Shown: piece after piece, positions 1-8,187 of the stretch
How positions within the stretch are numbered: the stretch's first letter is position 1
Layout: every line of letters begins with the position of its first letter
Source: Bacteroidales bacterium
GTDB lineage: Bacteria > Bacteroidota > Bacteroidia > Bacteroidales > UBA932
Assembly: GCA_024401925.1 (NCBI GenBank)
Contig: JAKSKD010000005.1
Location: 3,709 to 67,708, forward strand
DNA: 64,000 nt
Direction of reading: 5' to 3'
Made by a program: the position numbers and the translations under genes
The notes under the pieces: generated by a model
What the model saw: the letters and a program-made list of their open reading frames with translations, nothing else
Told to the model about the DNA's origin: nothing
Database searches by the model: none

Positions 1-114
1 GAAATAGCACAGGAAATCTATGACGATCTTCCCATCAGCAAACCACGCAAAAAGAAGAAGCAGGAAGAACCTGCCGGGGACAAGCGTTTCTCTTTCGTCA
101 AATACCTGAAATAA
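1..114 (+). CDS. 3' end of an unidentified CDS running in from the left edge
   Basis: Frame +1 is open from base 1 (EIAQEIYDDLPISKPRKKKKQEEPAGDKRFSFVKYLK) to TAA at 112-114. Family not recognisable. Confidence 0.6.
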   Translation, partial: EIAQEIYDDLPISKPRKKKKQEEPAGDKRFSFVKYLK

Positions 115-209
115 TTATGGAATTCTTTTGCCGCGCATTGGTCGAGAACACTACGTGCTCATCTGATTATGTCGCACGTCACGGGTTGAGCCTGTGAGTG
201 GAGATAAAC

Positions 210-235
210 AAAAAAGTCCGGAAATTCCGGACTTT
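210..235 (-). terminator. Intrinsic terminator of rpsU
   Basis: AAAGTCCGGA-AAT-TCCGGACTTT perfect stem (213-235). The A-run at 210-215 gives a U-tract on the minus strand, 18 nt past the rpsU stop. Confidence 0.8.
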
Positions 236-253
236 ATAGAGTTCAAATAAAAA

Positions 254-448
254 TTACTGCTCGTCCTGAAGACGGAGGTGCTGTACGTAGATGGCTTTCT
301 GCATAGCCACTCTCTTCTTCTCTGAAGGCTTCTCGAAGTTCTTGCGTGCGCGAAGTTCGCGGACCGCACCTGTCTTTTCGAATTTTCTCTTGAATTTCTT
401 AAGAGCTCTCTCGATATTTTCGCCTTCTTTGATTGGTACTATAATCAT
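254..448 (-). CDS. rpsU: 30S ribosomal protein bS21
   Basis: 64 aa, MIIVPIKEGENIERALKKFKRKF...FEKPS. Bacteroidota-type C-terminus with Tyr54. Confidence 0.97.
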   Translation of the reverse strand: MIIVPIKEGENIERALKKFKRKFEKTGAVRELRARKNFEKPSEKKRVAMQKAIYVQHLRLQDEQ

Positions 449-454
449 TCTTTT

Positions 455-466
455 ATCACCCCCTTT
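455..466 (-). promoter_or_regulatory. Extended Shine-Dalgarno of rpsU
   Basis: Minus strand reads AGAAAAAGGGGGTGAT-AAAAGA-ATG, complementary to a 16S 3' tail with one G-U pair. Confidence 0.8.
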
Positions 467-480
467 TTCTTTTAGGACTG

Positions 481-488
481 CAAAGGTA
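481..488 (-). promoter_or_regulatory. Bacteroidota sigma-A -7 box for rpsU
   Basis: TACCTTTG (TAnnTTTG) followed by CAGTCC on the minus strand. Confidence 0.75.
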
Positions 489-509
489 TCAAGATTTTTT
501 GAAAAACCT

Positions 510-1658
510 CTATTTGAGATAGAAATTTTTGAACCAATACTCGAAAAGAGGGTCCAGTATCTTCGGTTCGTCCTTTTCTGTGAAGTAAAGGACTTCTTTT
601 TTCATCAGTGCTTCGCGCAGTCTCTTGACGTTGGCGGAGGAGTTCAGATTGTATTTCCTGATGGTTTCGGCACTGCTGAATTTGTTCTGTCCCTCAGCGA
701 CTGCACGCAGCAGGTTGATTTGGAATGTGGTCAATTCATCGGTGATGGATCTGAAATGCGGCTCGTGCAGGGAAATAATCATATCGAGTGCGTCCATAAG
801 TACGGCCTCTGTGATGAAGCCTTTTGACAGATGATCGCAGATGGACATATAGTGGATGATGTACCAAATATTGTCTTGGAATATTTCGCAGGCACTCGCT
901 GCGAGTTCGATATCTATGACCTTTCCTCTGGACATAAGTGTCCTGTTGACGTATTGGACAATCTCATTCCTGTCCACCGTTGTTGTCTCAAAGTTCTCAA
1001 CCAGGCGGTAGAAATATCTGTGACATCCGAATATTGATTTCATCGCATTGGCGCGTGAGCCTTCGAAGATGATAGTGCACGGGCACTCCTCGAGGTTCCT
1101 GCGGTTTTCGGCTATCACACCCTCCATCGTTTTCATAATTTTGTCCGAATCATCGCATAGCTCGATGTTTTGGAATTCATTGAAAACAAGGTAGAGCCTC
1201 TTGCCTGCACTTCGTGCAACGTTGTAGGGAAACCGGAGTATCGCCTTGATGTCTTCGTCGTCAATATCCCAGTTGAGTGAAATTATTTCGTCATGGTCAG
1301 AGTAGCGATGGCTGTCGAATACGAAGTGCGTACCTCCAAGATTTGTTTGAATCATCTGCTGGTATTCTCCGGGGGTAGTGGCGAAGGCGCGCGCAACGGC
1401 ATTGCCGAGATTGCAGGAAAAAGCAGTGATGGTCCTGATGTTCTGCAGGTCGACTTCAGCGACAACGACATCTTTGCCTTCAAGCTTCAGATTTAATATG
1501 GCTTGGCGTATTAGAGAGGTCTTTCCCGACTTCGGCGCGCCGTACACTGCGAGATTTTCACCCTGTCTGAGCATATTTGTGACAATGTTGCTGTCTTCGC
1601 GTTTCCCGATAAAATCCTTTCCCGTGACGGGCTTGTTATAAATGAAACTGTTATCCAT
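510..1658 (-). CDS. P-loop ATPase (archaeal-ATPase/STAND-like) with probable C-terminal winged helix
   Basis: F-IGKRE N-terminal motif, Walker A GAPKSGKTS, Walker B variant LVFNEFQN, C-terminal DPLFEYW. Start moved to ATG 1658, 5 nt after a TATATTTG box. Confidence 0.8.
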   Translation of the reverse strand: MDNSFIYNKPVTGKDFIGKREDSNIVTNMLRQGENLAVYGAPKSGKTSLIRQAILNLKLEGKDVVVAEVDLQNIRTITAFSCNLGNAVARAFATTPGEYQQMIQTNLGGTHFVFDSHRYSDHDEIISLNWDIDDEDIKAILRFPYNVARSAGKRLYLVFNEFQNIELCDDSDKIMKTMEGVIAENRRNLEECPCTIIFEGSRANAMKSIFGCHRYFYRLVENFETTTVDRNEIVQYVNRTLMSRGKVIDIELAASACEIFQDNIWYIIHYMSICDHLSKGFITEAVLMDALDMIISLHEPHFRSITDELTTFQINLLRAVAEGQNKFSSAETIRKYNLNSSANVKRLREALMKKEVLYFTEKDEPKILDPLFEYWFKNFYLK

Positions 1659-1729
1659 AGTCACAAATATAACAAAAATGTTGCATATTAAAAACCATTT
1701 CAAAACAGGTTCTAAAAAGAGGAAAATAT

Positions 1730-1760
1730 TTTGGTGGTAAGATAATTTGTGCTAAATTTG
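1730..1760 (+). promoter_or_regulatory. sigma-A promoter of rplU-rpmA
   Basis: TTTG (1730-1733), 19-nt spacer, TAAATTTG (1753-1760): the Bacteroidota -33/-7 consensus. Confidence 0.8.
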
Positions 1761-1855
1761 CAGTCCCAAAAATATTGTATGACCGCTAAGCTATTGATAA
1801 AGAGCCATTTTGAGAATGGACGCTTACGGTTGAAACTTTAAAAAAAGTTTTATTT

Positions 1856-2167
1856 ATGTACGCAATCGTAGATATTGCAGGCCAGCAGTTCAAAGTAGAA
1901 GCTGGAAATGAGATTTTCGTCCAGAGACTTTCACAAGCAAAGGGCGAAGCTGTGGAGTTCGAAAAGGTTCTCCTGGTAGACGACGCCGGAAAGGTGAAAG
2001 TCGGTGCTCCTTATGTAAAGGGTGCAGTGGTAAAGGCTACTGTTCTCGATGATGATGTAAAGGCTGATAAGGTTCTTGTTTTCAAGAAGATCCGTCGCAA
2101 GGGCTTCCAGAAACTCAATGGACATCGTCAGAAACTTACAAAGATTCAGATTAACGAAATCGCATAA
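1856..2167 (+). CDS. rplU: 50S ribosomal protein bL21
   Basis: [14 protein letters not shown]...[12 protein letters not shown]...GHRQ. Confidence 0.98.
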   Translation: MYAIVDIAGQQFKVEAGNEIFVQRLSQAKGEAVEFEKVLLVDDAGKVKVGAPYVKGAVVKATVLDDDVKADKVLVFKKIRRKGFQKLNGHRQKLTKIQINEIA

Positions 2168-2179
2168 AAGTATCAAACT

Positions 2180-2440
2180 ATGGCACACAAGAAAGGTCAA
2201 TCAAGTTCAAAGAACGGTCGTGAGTCACAAAGCAAGCGCTTGGGTCTCAAGAAATTCGGTGGCGAAGTCGTTAAGGCTGGAAATATCATCGTACGTCAGA
2301 GAGGAACAGTCCATAATCCTGACAAGAACGTAGGTATCGGCAAAGACCATACACTTTACGCACTTGTTGACGGTACGGTTAAGTTCACCAAGAAAAGAGA
2401 GAATAAATCCTACGTTTCGGTTATTCCTTTTGAGAACTAA
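2180..2440 (+). CDS. rpmA: 50S ribosomal protein bL27
   Basis: [22 protein letters not shown]...RQRGT...GKDHTLYA. Confidence 0.98.
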   Translation: MAHKKGQSSSKNGRESQSKRLGLKKFGGEVVKAGNIIVRQRGTVHNPDKNVGIGKDHTLYALVDGTVKFTKKRENKSYVSVIPFEN

Positions 2441-2465
2441 TTCGGAGGGTTTGTTTATGAACAAT

Positions 2466-2510
2466 AAAGGACTTGCACTTCGAGTTAGGTGTAAGTCCTT
2501 TTTTATTTTT
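2466..2510 (+). terminator. Intrinsic terminator after rpmA, overlapping the serS -7 box
   Basis: AAAGGACTTGCACTT-CGAGTT-AGGTGTAAGTCCTTT stem followed by a T-rich tract. Confidence 0.85.
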
Positions 2511-2518
2511 GAAAATAT

Positions 2519-3790
2519 ATGCTGACACTAAAAATGCTTAGGGATGATCCGGAGCTGGTCATCAAGAAACTGGCGAAAAAGAATTTCGATGCCAGGGAGA
2601 TAATAGCAAAGGTATTGGAACTGGACGCCCAGCGCCGTAGCTTCCAGACAGAGAGTGACGCCATCGTTGCACAGCAGAAACAGAAGGCTGCCGAGATTGG
2701 CGGATATATGAAGCAGGGACTCAAGGAGGCGGCTGAAAAGGCCAAGGCTGAGGTTGCCGGGCTCAAGGCCCGCTCGAGCGAGCTCCTCGCCAAGTTCGAT
2801 GCTGCGGAGGCTGAGATGAACTCACTCATCGTGCTTATGCCGAACATTCCTTGCGACCTCGTTCCTGAAGGAAAGACTGCCGAAGACAACCTGGTTGTCA
2901 AGATGGGTGGTCCTGAAGTCAAGCTTCCGGAGAATGCCCTTCCTCACTGGGAACTAGCAAAGAAATATGATATCATCGATTTTGATCTTGGAGTAAAGAT
3001 AACCGGGGCAGGTTTTCCTGTATATAAAGGAAAGGGAGCCAGACTCCAGAGAGCCCTTATCAATTTCTTCCTCGACTGCAACACTGCTGCCGGGTATCAG
3101 GAAGTGGAACCTCCAGTAATGGTCAATCAGGCTTCTGGTTTCGGTACAGGACAGCTTCCTGACAAAGAGGGACAGATGTACCACGCCACCGTGGATGATT
3201 TCTATATGGTTCCTACGGCTGAGGTGCCCGTTACCAATATTTTCAGGGATGTGATTCTCGCTAACGACGAATGCCCTCAGAAGATGACGGCATACACCCC
3301 TTGCTTCCGCAGGGAGGCGGGCTCATACGGCAAGGATGTAAGAGGCCTTAACAGGCTCCATCAGTTCGACAAGGTCGAAATTGTCCGCGTTGAGAAGCCG
3401 GAGAACAGCTATGCCGCACTCGATGAGATGGTTGCACACGTAGAGAGTATCGTAAATAAGCTCGGACTCAGGTACAGGATACTCCGTCTCTGTGGTGGGG
3501 ATATGTCCTTCACTTCCGCTATTACATATGACTTTGAACTTTGGAGCGCAGCCCAGGGTCGCTGGCTTGAGATATCATCTGTTTCCAATTTTGAGAGCTA
3601 TCAGGCAAACAGATTACATCTCAGATATCGTGATGATGATGGCAAGACTCAACTCTGTCACACGCTCAACGGAAGTTCGCTCGCTCTTCCTAGAGTCGTG
3701 GCCGCTCTGCTTGAGGACAACCAGACCGCCGACGGCATTATTATTCCTGAAGCATTAAGACCATACACAGGGTTTGATAAGATTGGCTAA
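2519..3790 (+). CDS. serS: Serine--tRNA ligase
   Basis: N-terminal coiled coil, PTAEVP, CFRREAGSYGKDVRGLNRLHQFDKVE, HTLNGSSLA. Confidence 0.98.
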   Translation: MLTLKMLRDDPELVIKKLAKKNFDAREIIAKVLELDAQRRSFQTESDAIVAQQKQKAAEIGGYMKQGLKEAAEKAKAEVAGLKARSSELLAKFDAAEAEMNSLIVLMPNIPCDLVPEGKTAEDNLVVKMGGPEVKLPENALPHWELAKKYDIIDFDLGVKITGAGFPVYKGKGARLQRALINFFLDCNTAAGYQEVEPPVMVNQASGFGTGQLPDKEGQMYHATVDDFYMVPTAEVPVTNIFRDVILANDECPQKMTAYTPCFRREAGSYGKDVRGLNRLHQFDKVEIVRVEKPENSYAALDEMVAHVESIVNKLGLRYRILRLCGGDMSFTSAITYDFELWSAAQGRWLEISSVSNFESYQANRLHLRYRDDDGKTQLCHTLNGSSLALPRVVAALLEDNQTADGIIIPEALRPYTGFDKIG

Positions 3791-4349
3791 GATTAGAACA
3801 ATATTGGGAATTGATCCCGGAACCAACATACTTGGTTTCGGGGTCATTCGTCTAGATGACCATTCCGGGAAACCGGAATATCTCGGGATGGGTGTGTTGG
3901 ACCTCAGAAAGGAGTCGGACCCATACGAGAAACTGGCTGTGATAAGCCGTAAAGTTGGAGAATTGTGTGAGGAATATTCGGTGACTGACCTCGCCGTGGA
4001 GTCTCCGTTTTATGGAAAGAATGCCCAGGTCATCTTCAAGTTGGGCCGTGCTCAGGGCTCCGCGATCATTGCAGCCAAACAAAGGGGAGTGTCGGTATAT
4101 GAATATGCTCCGAGAAAGGCTAAGATTGCCATTTGCGGCAATGGCGCCGCTTCCAAGGAGCAGGTGGCTATGATGGTAGAAAAGACATTGGGAATAGATG
4201 TCGAGGCAAAATATCTTGATGCAACCGACGCCCTCGCCATAGCGATGTGCCATTATTATCAACTTACCAATCCTATGACTAGTACAGTAGCTGCCACGTC
4301 CTGGGAAAAATTCATAGCAGCCAATCCGGACAGGATAAGTCATTCCTAA
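3783..4349 (+). CDS. ruvC: Holliday junction resolvase RuvC
   Basis: ILGIDPGT, AVESPF, EYAPRKAK, DATDALAIA. TTG start at 3783 (or 3774) overlaps the serS stop. Confidence 0.95.
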   Translation: MAKIRTILGIDPGTNILGFGVIRLDDHSGKPEYLGMGVLDLRKESDPYEKLAVISRKVGELCEEYSVTDLAVESPFYGKNAQVIFKLGRAQGSAIIAAKQRGVSVYEYAPRKAKIAICGNGAASKEQVAMMVEKTLGIDVEAKYLDATDALAIAMCHYYQLTNPMTSTVAATSWEKFIAANPDRISHS

Positions 4350-4368
4350 AAAATAATATTACATAGAT

Positions 4369-4396
4369 TAAACTTTGTGTGGTTATGTCTGTCTAA
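4369..4396 (+). promoter_or_regulatory. Candidate ECF-sigma promoter
   Basis: TAAACTT-N16-TCTAA, resembling sigmaE-type -35 AAC / -10 TCTAA. No exact TAnnTTTG in this intergenic region. Confidence 0.4.
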
Positions 4397-4427
4397 AAAG
4401 ATGTTTCACCAAGATTGAATAGTTAGT

Positions 4428-7400
4428 ATGAAGAGATTTTTGAGCATTGCGTTGTTGTTGGTTGTGTCACTGTTGTTAAGTGCGTCTATGTCTGCACAGT
4501 CCAATCACAAAGTCAAAGTTACTCTGAAGGATGCTACAACGGGAGATCCTGTGTCATTTGCGACTGTTTCGATATCCAAGAAGGAATCGTCAGCCAGCCC
4601 CAAGTATATCCTCAGTGATGAAAATGGAGTTGCAACTCTTGAAAAAATTAAGTCCGGCACATATGTGGTTAAGGCAGAGTTGTTGGGTTACGTGCCATAT
4701 TCCAGTGATGTCGTAATCAAGGATGAGGACATTGATCTCGGAGAAATCAATATGCAAGTGGACCAGGAGTTGCTGGATGCCGCCAGTGTTTCTGCCGTGG
4801 GAAATGCCATCGTCATAAAGAAAGATACTATCGAGTATAATGCATCATCGTTCAAGACTACGGATAACGATATGCTCCTTGCTCTCCTTAAGAAACTTCC
4901 AGGTGTGGAAGTGGATGAGAACGGTACAATCACTGCGAACGGTGAGAATATTACCAAGATTTATATTGATGGAAAGACGTTCTTTATGGACGACCCGCAG
5001 CTTGCAACGCAGAATATTCCTGCCAAGATGGTGGAAAAGGTCAAGGTCCTGAAGAAGAAATCCGAACAGGCCGAGTTCTCCGGTATAGATGACGGACAGG
5101 AAGAAACAGTCATTGACCTTTCTGTGCAGCCGTCAATGATGGACGGACTTTTTGCAAATGTCATGGCCGGAGGTGGACATGATTTCAAGGGAGACATTTC
5201 GGATGACCCTTTCAAGCAGAATGACGGATGGAGGTTCCAGTCAAACGCAATGATTGGTAACTTCAAGAAGGACAGCCAGATCAGTATCATTCTCAATGCC
5301 AACAACGCGAATTCAATGGGATTCAATGACATCTCAGGAGGTATGATGCGTGGTATGCAAGGCGGTATGGGAGGAATGGCCGGAATGGGCGGAATGGGTA
5401 TGGGAAGAGGCCTCACTACCTCCTGGATGGGTGGAGTCAATGGCGCTCTCGACCTTCTTGATGACAGGATGGAACTCAGCGGGAACTATCTTTACAATGG
5501 AAGCAATACCATCACCGGCTCCGATGAATCGCAGACTACATATATGACAGACGGTTCAAGTCTTCTCCAGAAGACCTTGAGCAACGGCCTTTCAACTTCC
5601 GGCGGTCACCGTTTCGGAATCCGTCTTGAGCATAAGTTCTCGGATAATACTTCAATTCTCTTTGAACCTCAGATTAATTTCGGCGACGGCTCGTTCAACA
5701 ATACATCAAACTTCACCACGAACAGCAGCCTTAGCGGCCTGACTAATGACGGTTGGTCAAGTTCAAACGGCGCTAACAAGAACTGGGCTACAAACGGGCG
5801 TTTTCTCTTCCGTCAGAGGCTTGGATTGCCGGGAAGGACGTTGACCGTGAATTTGAACTGGAGGTATTCCGACAACAAGACCGAGTCATTCAACCAGTCC
5901 CGTACTAACAATTATTTTGGCGGGAATGGAGGCCTTGACCGCCTTGTTACCCCGTCAATCGTAAATCAGAGGAACGAACAGTTGTCTACCAACTCATCTT
6001 TGGGAGCACGTTTGGAATTTACTGAGCCAATGGGTAACAATTTCTACCTGTCAGCCAACTACTCATACGACTGGAGCCAGAACCGGTCAGCAAAGGACAC
6101 TTACAATAGCGGCGCGTTCGATATCGGCAGTTTCACCCTTGATAACCTGATTTATTACAAGAAAGGTGAAACCCACGATGATGTATATTCAAACAATATT
6201 TACAATCGCTATATCAACCAGCAGGCTGGAGTTAATATGATGTACCAGAGCGATAATATGCGTGCACAGATCGGTTTCTCCGCTATGCCAAGGTACACAT
6301 ATAACGAGACCAACGGAAAGGTTTACGAGGAAAAGGCCGTAAACTGGGCTCCTAACGCATCAATTTTTGCGGATTTCAGCGAAACGTCCAATTTGAGATT
6401 GTTTTACAGCGGACGTTCATCACAGCCTTCAACCAGTCAGTTGATGCCGGTTATGGACAATTCAAATCCATTGAGAATGTCTTTGGGTAACCCTTATCTG
6501 ACTTCATACTTCAACCACTCGCTGAGAGGTGATTATGGCTACACAAACCGTCAGAATTTCTTTTCTATGAGATTCGGCTTCAACGGATCAGTGAATCAGA
6601 ATCCTATCGTGAATGCAATCTGGTATGACCAGAGCAATGTTCAGTACTCATTCCCTATCAACGGTAAGCCGACAGTTACTGCAGGTGTATCCTTTATGTT
6701 GAATACTCCATTGGGTGATTCCAACTTCAGGATTTCCAACAATACCAATGTCAACTACAATGCATCACACAGCTACGTAGGTGCTACCAATCTCGATATG
6801 TCAGATTACTTCAACGATAAGAAGGAATTCAACTATGAAAAGTTCCATGAGGATTATTTCTCCGACCATGCCGTAAAGGATTTCAACAAGAACTTCCTGG
6901 ATAATAAGACCCAGAGTCTCAATGTGATGGAGAACCTCCGCCTTACTTATCGTACAGATTACATTGAGGCAACTGTAGGAGCAAGAACACGTGTTCAGAA
7001 GCCTTGGTACACGGTTGATACAAACCAGCAGCAGAATACTACCTGGACCAACACGGCATCGGCATCATTCATTTGGACTATCGGTGATTCGGGCTTCGGA
7101 ATCAATATGAATGGAGACTATAACTGGTATAACGGTTATTCAACAAATCCTGAGAACAACTTCATTCTCAATTGCGAACTGAGCAAGCAGTTGTTCAACA
7201 ATAATGCGACGCTTGCCTTGCGCGGATATGACCTGCTGAATCAGACTAAAAGCCTTTCAGTGTCCGATACTGCCAACTATCACAATGAGAGTAGGGCAAT
7301 CACTCTCGGACGCTATGTCATCGTTTCGCTTACATTCCGTTTCGGTACCTTCGGACGTGGAAGAATGGGCGGTGGAAGAGGAATGGGCGGTGGAATGCGA

Positions 7401-7481
7401 GGAATGGGCGGTGGAATGCGGGGAATGGGCGGCGGAATGCCACCGATGGGAGGTCCCGGAATGGGAGGCCCACGTTTCTAG
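4428..7481 (+). CDS. Outer-membrane beta-barrel protein (TonB-dependent-receptor-like) with carboxypeptidase-regulatory-like N-domain
   Basis: Signal peptide; V.LKDATTGDPVSFATV; KKDTIEYNASSF; LLKKLPGVEVD plug-like motif; aromatic-rich strands ending VSLTFRFG, then a Gly/Met/Arg tail. Confidence 0.85.
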   Translation: MKRFLSIALLLVVSLLLSASMSAQSNHKVKVTLKDATTGDPVSFATVSISKKESSASPKYILSDENGVATLEKIKSGTYVVKAELLGYVPYSSDVVIKDEDIDLGEINMQVDQELLDAASVSAVGNAIVIKKDTIEYNASSFKTTDNDMLLALLKKLPGVEVDENGTITANGENITKIYIDGKTFFMDDPQLATQNIPAKMVEKVKVLKKKSEQAEFSGIDDGQEETVIDLSVQPSMMDGLFANVMAGGGHDFKGDISDDPFKQNDGWRFQSNAMIGNFKKDSQISIILNANNANSMGFNDISGGMMRGMQGGMGGMAGMGGMGMGRGLTTSWMGGVNGALDLLDDRMELSGNYLYNGSNTITGSDESQTTYMTDGSSLLQKTLSNGLSTSGGHRFGIRLEHKFSDNTSILFEPQINFGDGSFNNTSNFTTNSSLSGLTNDGWSSSNGANKNWATNGRFLFRQRLGLPGRTLTVNLNWRYSDNKTESFNQSRTNNYFGGNGGLDRLVTPSIVNQRNEQLSTNSSLGARLEFTEPMGNNFYLSANYSYDWSQNRSAKDTYNSGAFDIGSFTLDNLIYYKKGETHDDVYSNNIYNRYINQQAGVNMMYQSDNMRAQIGFSAMPRYTYNETNGKVYEEKAVNWAPNASIFADFSETSNLRLFYSGRSSQPSTSQLMPVMDNSNPLRMSLGNPYLTSYFNHSLRGDYGYTNRQNFFSMRFGFNGSVNQNPIVNAIWYDQSNVQYSFPINGKPTVTAGVSFMLNTPLGDSNFRISNNTNVNYNASHSYVGATNLDMSDYFNDKKEFNYEKFHEDYFSDHAVKDFNKNFLDNKTQSLNVMENLRLTYRTDYIEATVGARTRVQKPWYTVDTNQQQNTTWTNTASASFIWTIGDSGFGINMNGDYNWYNGYSTNPENNFILNCELSKQLFNNNATLALRGYDLLNQTKSLSVSDTANYHNESRAITLGRYVIVSLTFRFGTFGRGRMGGGRGMGGGMRGMGGGMRGMGGGMPPMGGPGMGGPRF
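7362..7442 (+). repeat. In-frame tandem repeat encoding GMGGGMR
   Basis: Three 21-bp units GGAATGGGCGG(T/C)GGAATGC(G/C)(A/G) at 7380, 7401 and 7422, preceded by an 18-bp variant at 7362. Confidence 0.9.
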
Positions 7482-7547
7482 GGAATAATCAACAAATATT
7501 TTTTATGTGATTGAATCATAACTTGTAAATTCGTAACTTTGCAAGTT

Positions 7548-8168
7548 ATGATTTTCAGTTTGTTGAAATCTTTTCTTTTGGGAATATGTGCGGCTGTACC
7601 GGTCGGACCAGTTATGCTGTTCGTATTGCAGAAGACATTGAATTATGGAAGAAAAGCCGGACTTGTATCCGGACTTGGCAGTGCCTGTATGGACACTGTC
7701 TATGCGGCAATCAGTTTTTTCATACTTGCCATAGCCGAGAACTTCATTGACAGCCACGAAGTGCTGATTGCGTTTATTGGGGGAATCATTATCCTAGTTG
7801 TCGGTGTAGTGTCTTTTTTCAAAGGTTCCGTTAGCAAAAAGAATAATACGGTTGCGAAAAAAGACAAGTATTCGGCAAGTTACGCAGTACAGACCTTTTT
7901 GATGGCTCTTGCGAATCCGGCTGCATTGTTCGTTATGTTCGGGCTGTCCACAATACTCGGGATTGATGCCAACGGATATTGGAACATTGCGTGCTTGTGT
8001 ATGGTTTTTGCTGGGGAACTATCATATTGGGCATTGTTTTCCTGGTTCTTTTCCAAGGTGTGCAAGTCTGTCAGCTGCAAGACGTTGTCATTGTTCAGCA
8101 AATTGACATCCGTGGCTATCGTTATTTTTGGAATAGTGCTGATAGTGGACGGACTGATAAAGATATGA
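7548..8168 (+). CDS. LysE/RhtB family transporter
   Basis: AVPVGPV...GLVSGLGSACMD; LMALANP; about 6 hydrophobic segments. ATG lies 6 nt after TAACTTTG. Confidence 0.85.
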   Translation: MIFSLLKSFLLGICAAVPVGPVMLFVLQKTLNYGRKAGLVSGLGSACMDTVYAAISFFILAIAENFIDSHEVLIAFIGGIIILVVGVVSFFKGSVSKKNNTVAKKDKYSASYAVQTFLMALANPAALFVMFGLSTILGIDANGYWNIACLCMVFAGELSYWALFSWFFSKVCKSVSCKTLSLFSKLTSVAIVIFGIVLIVDGLIKI

Positions 8169-8187
8169 ATGTAATTCACTTTTTGAT

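Noticed and set aside
291-827. 178-aa plus-strand ORF
   Set aside because: Antisense shadow of rpsU and the ATPase, with no recognisable motifs.
7362-7442. Tandem repeat as a possible CRISPR array
   Set aside because: No spacers, in-frame coding, and no cas genes.
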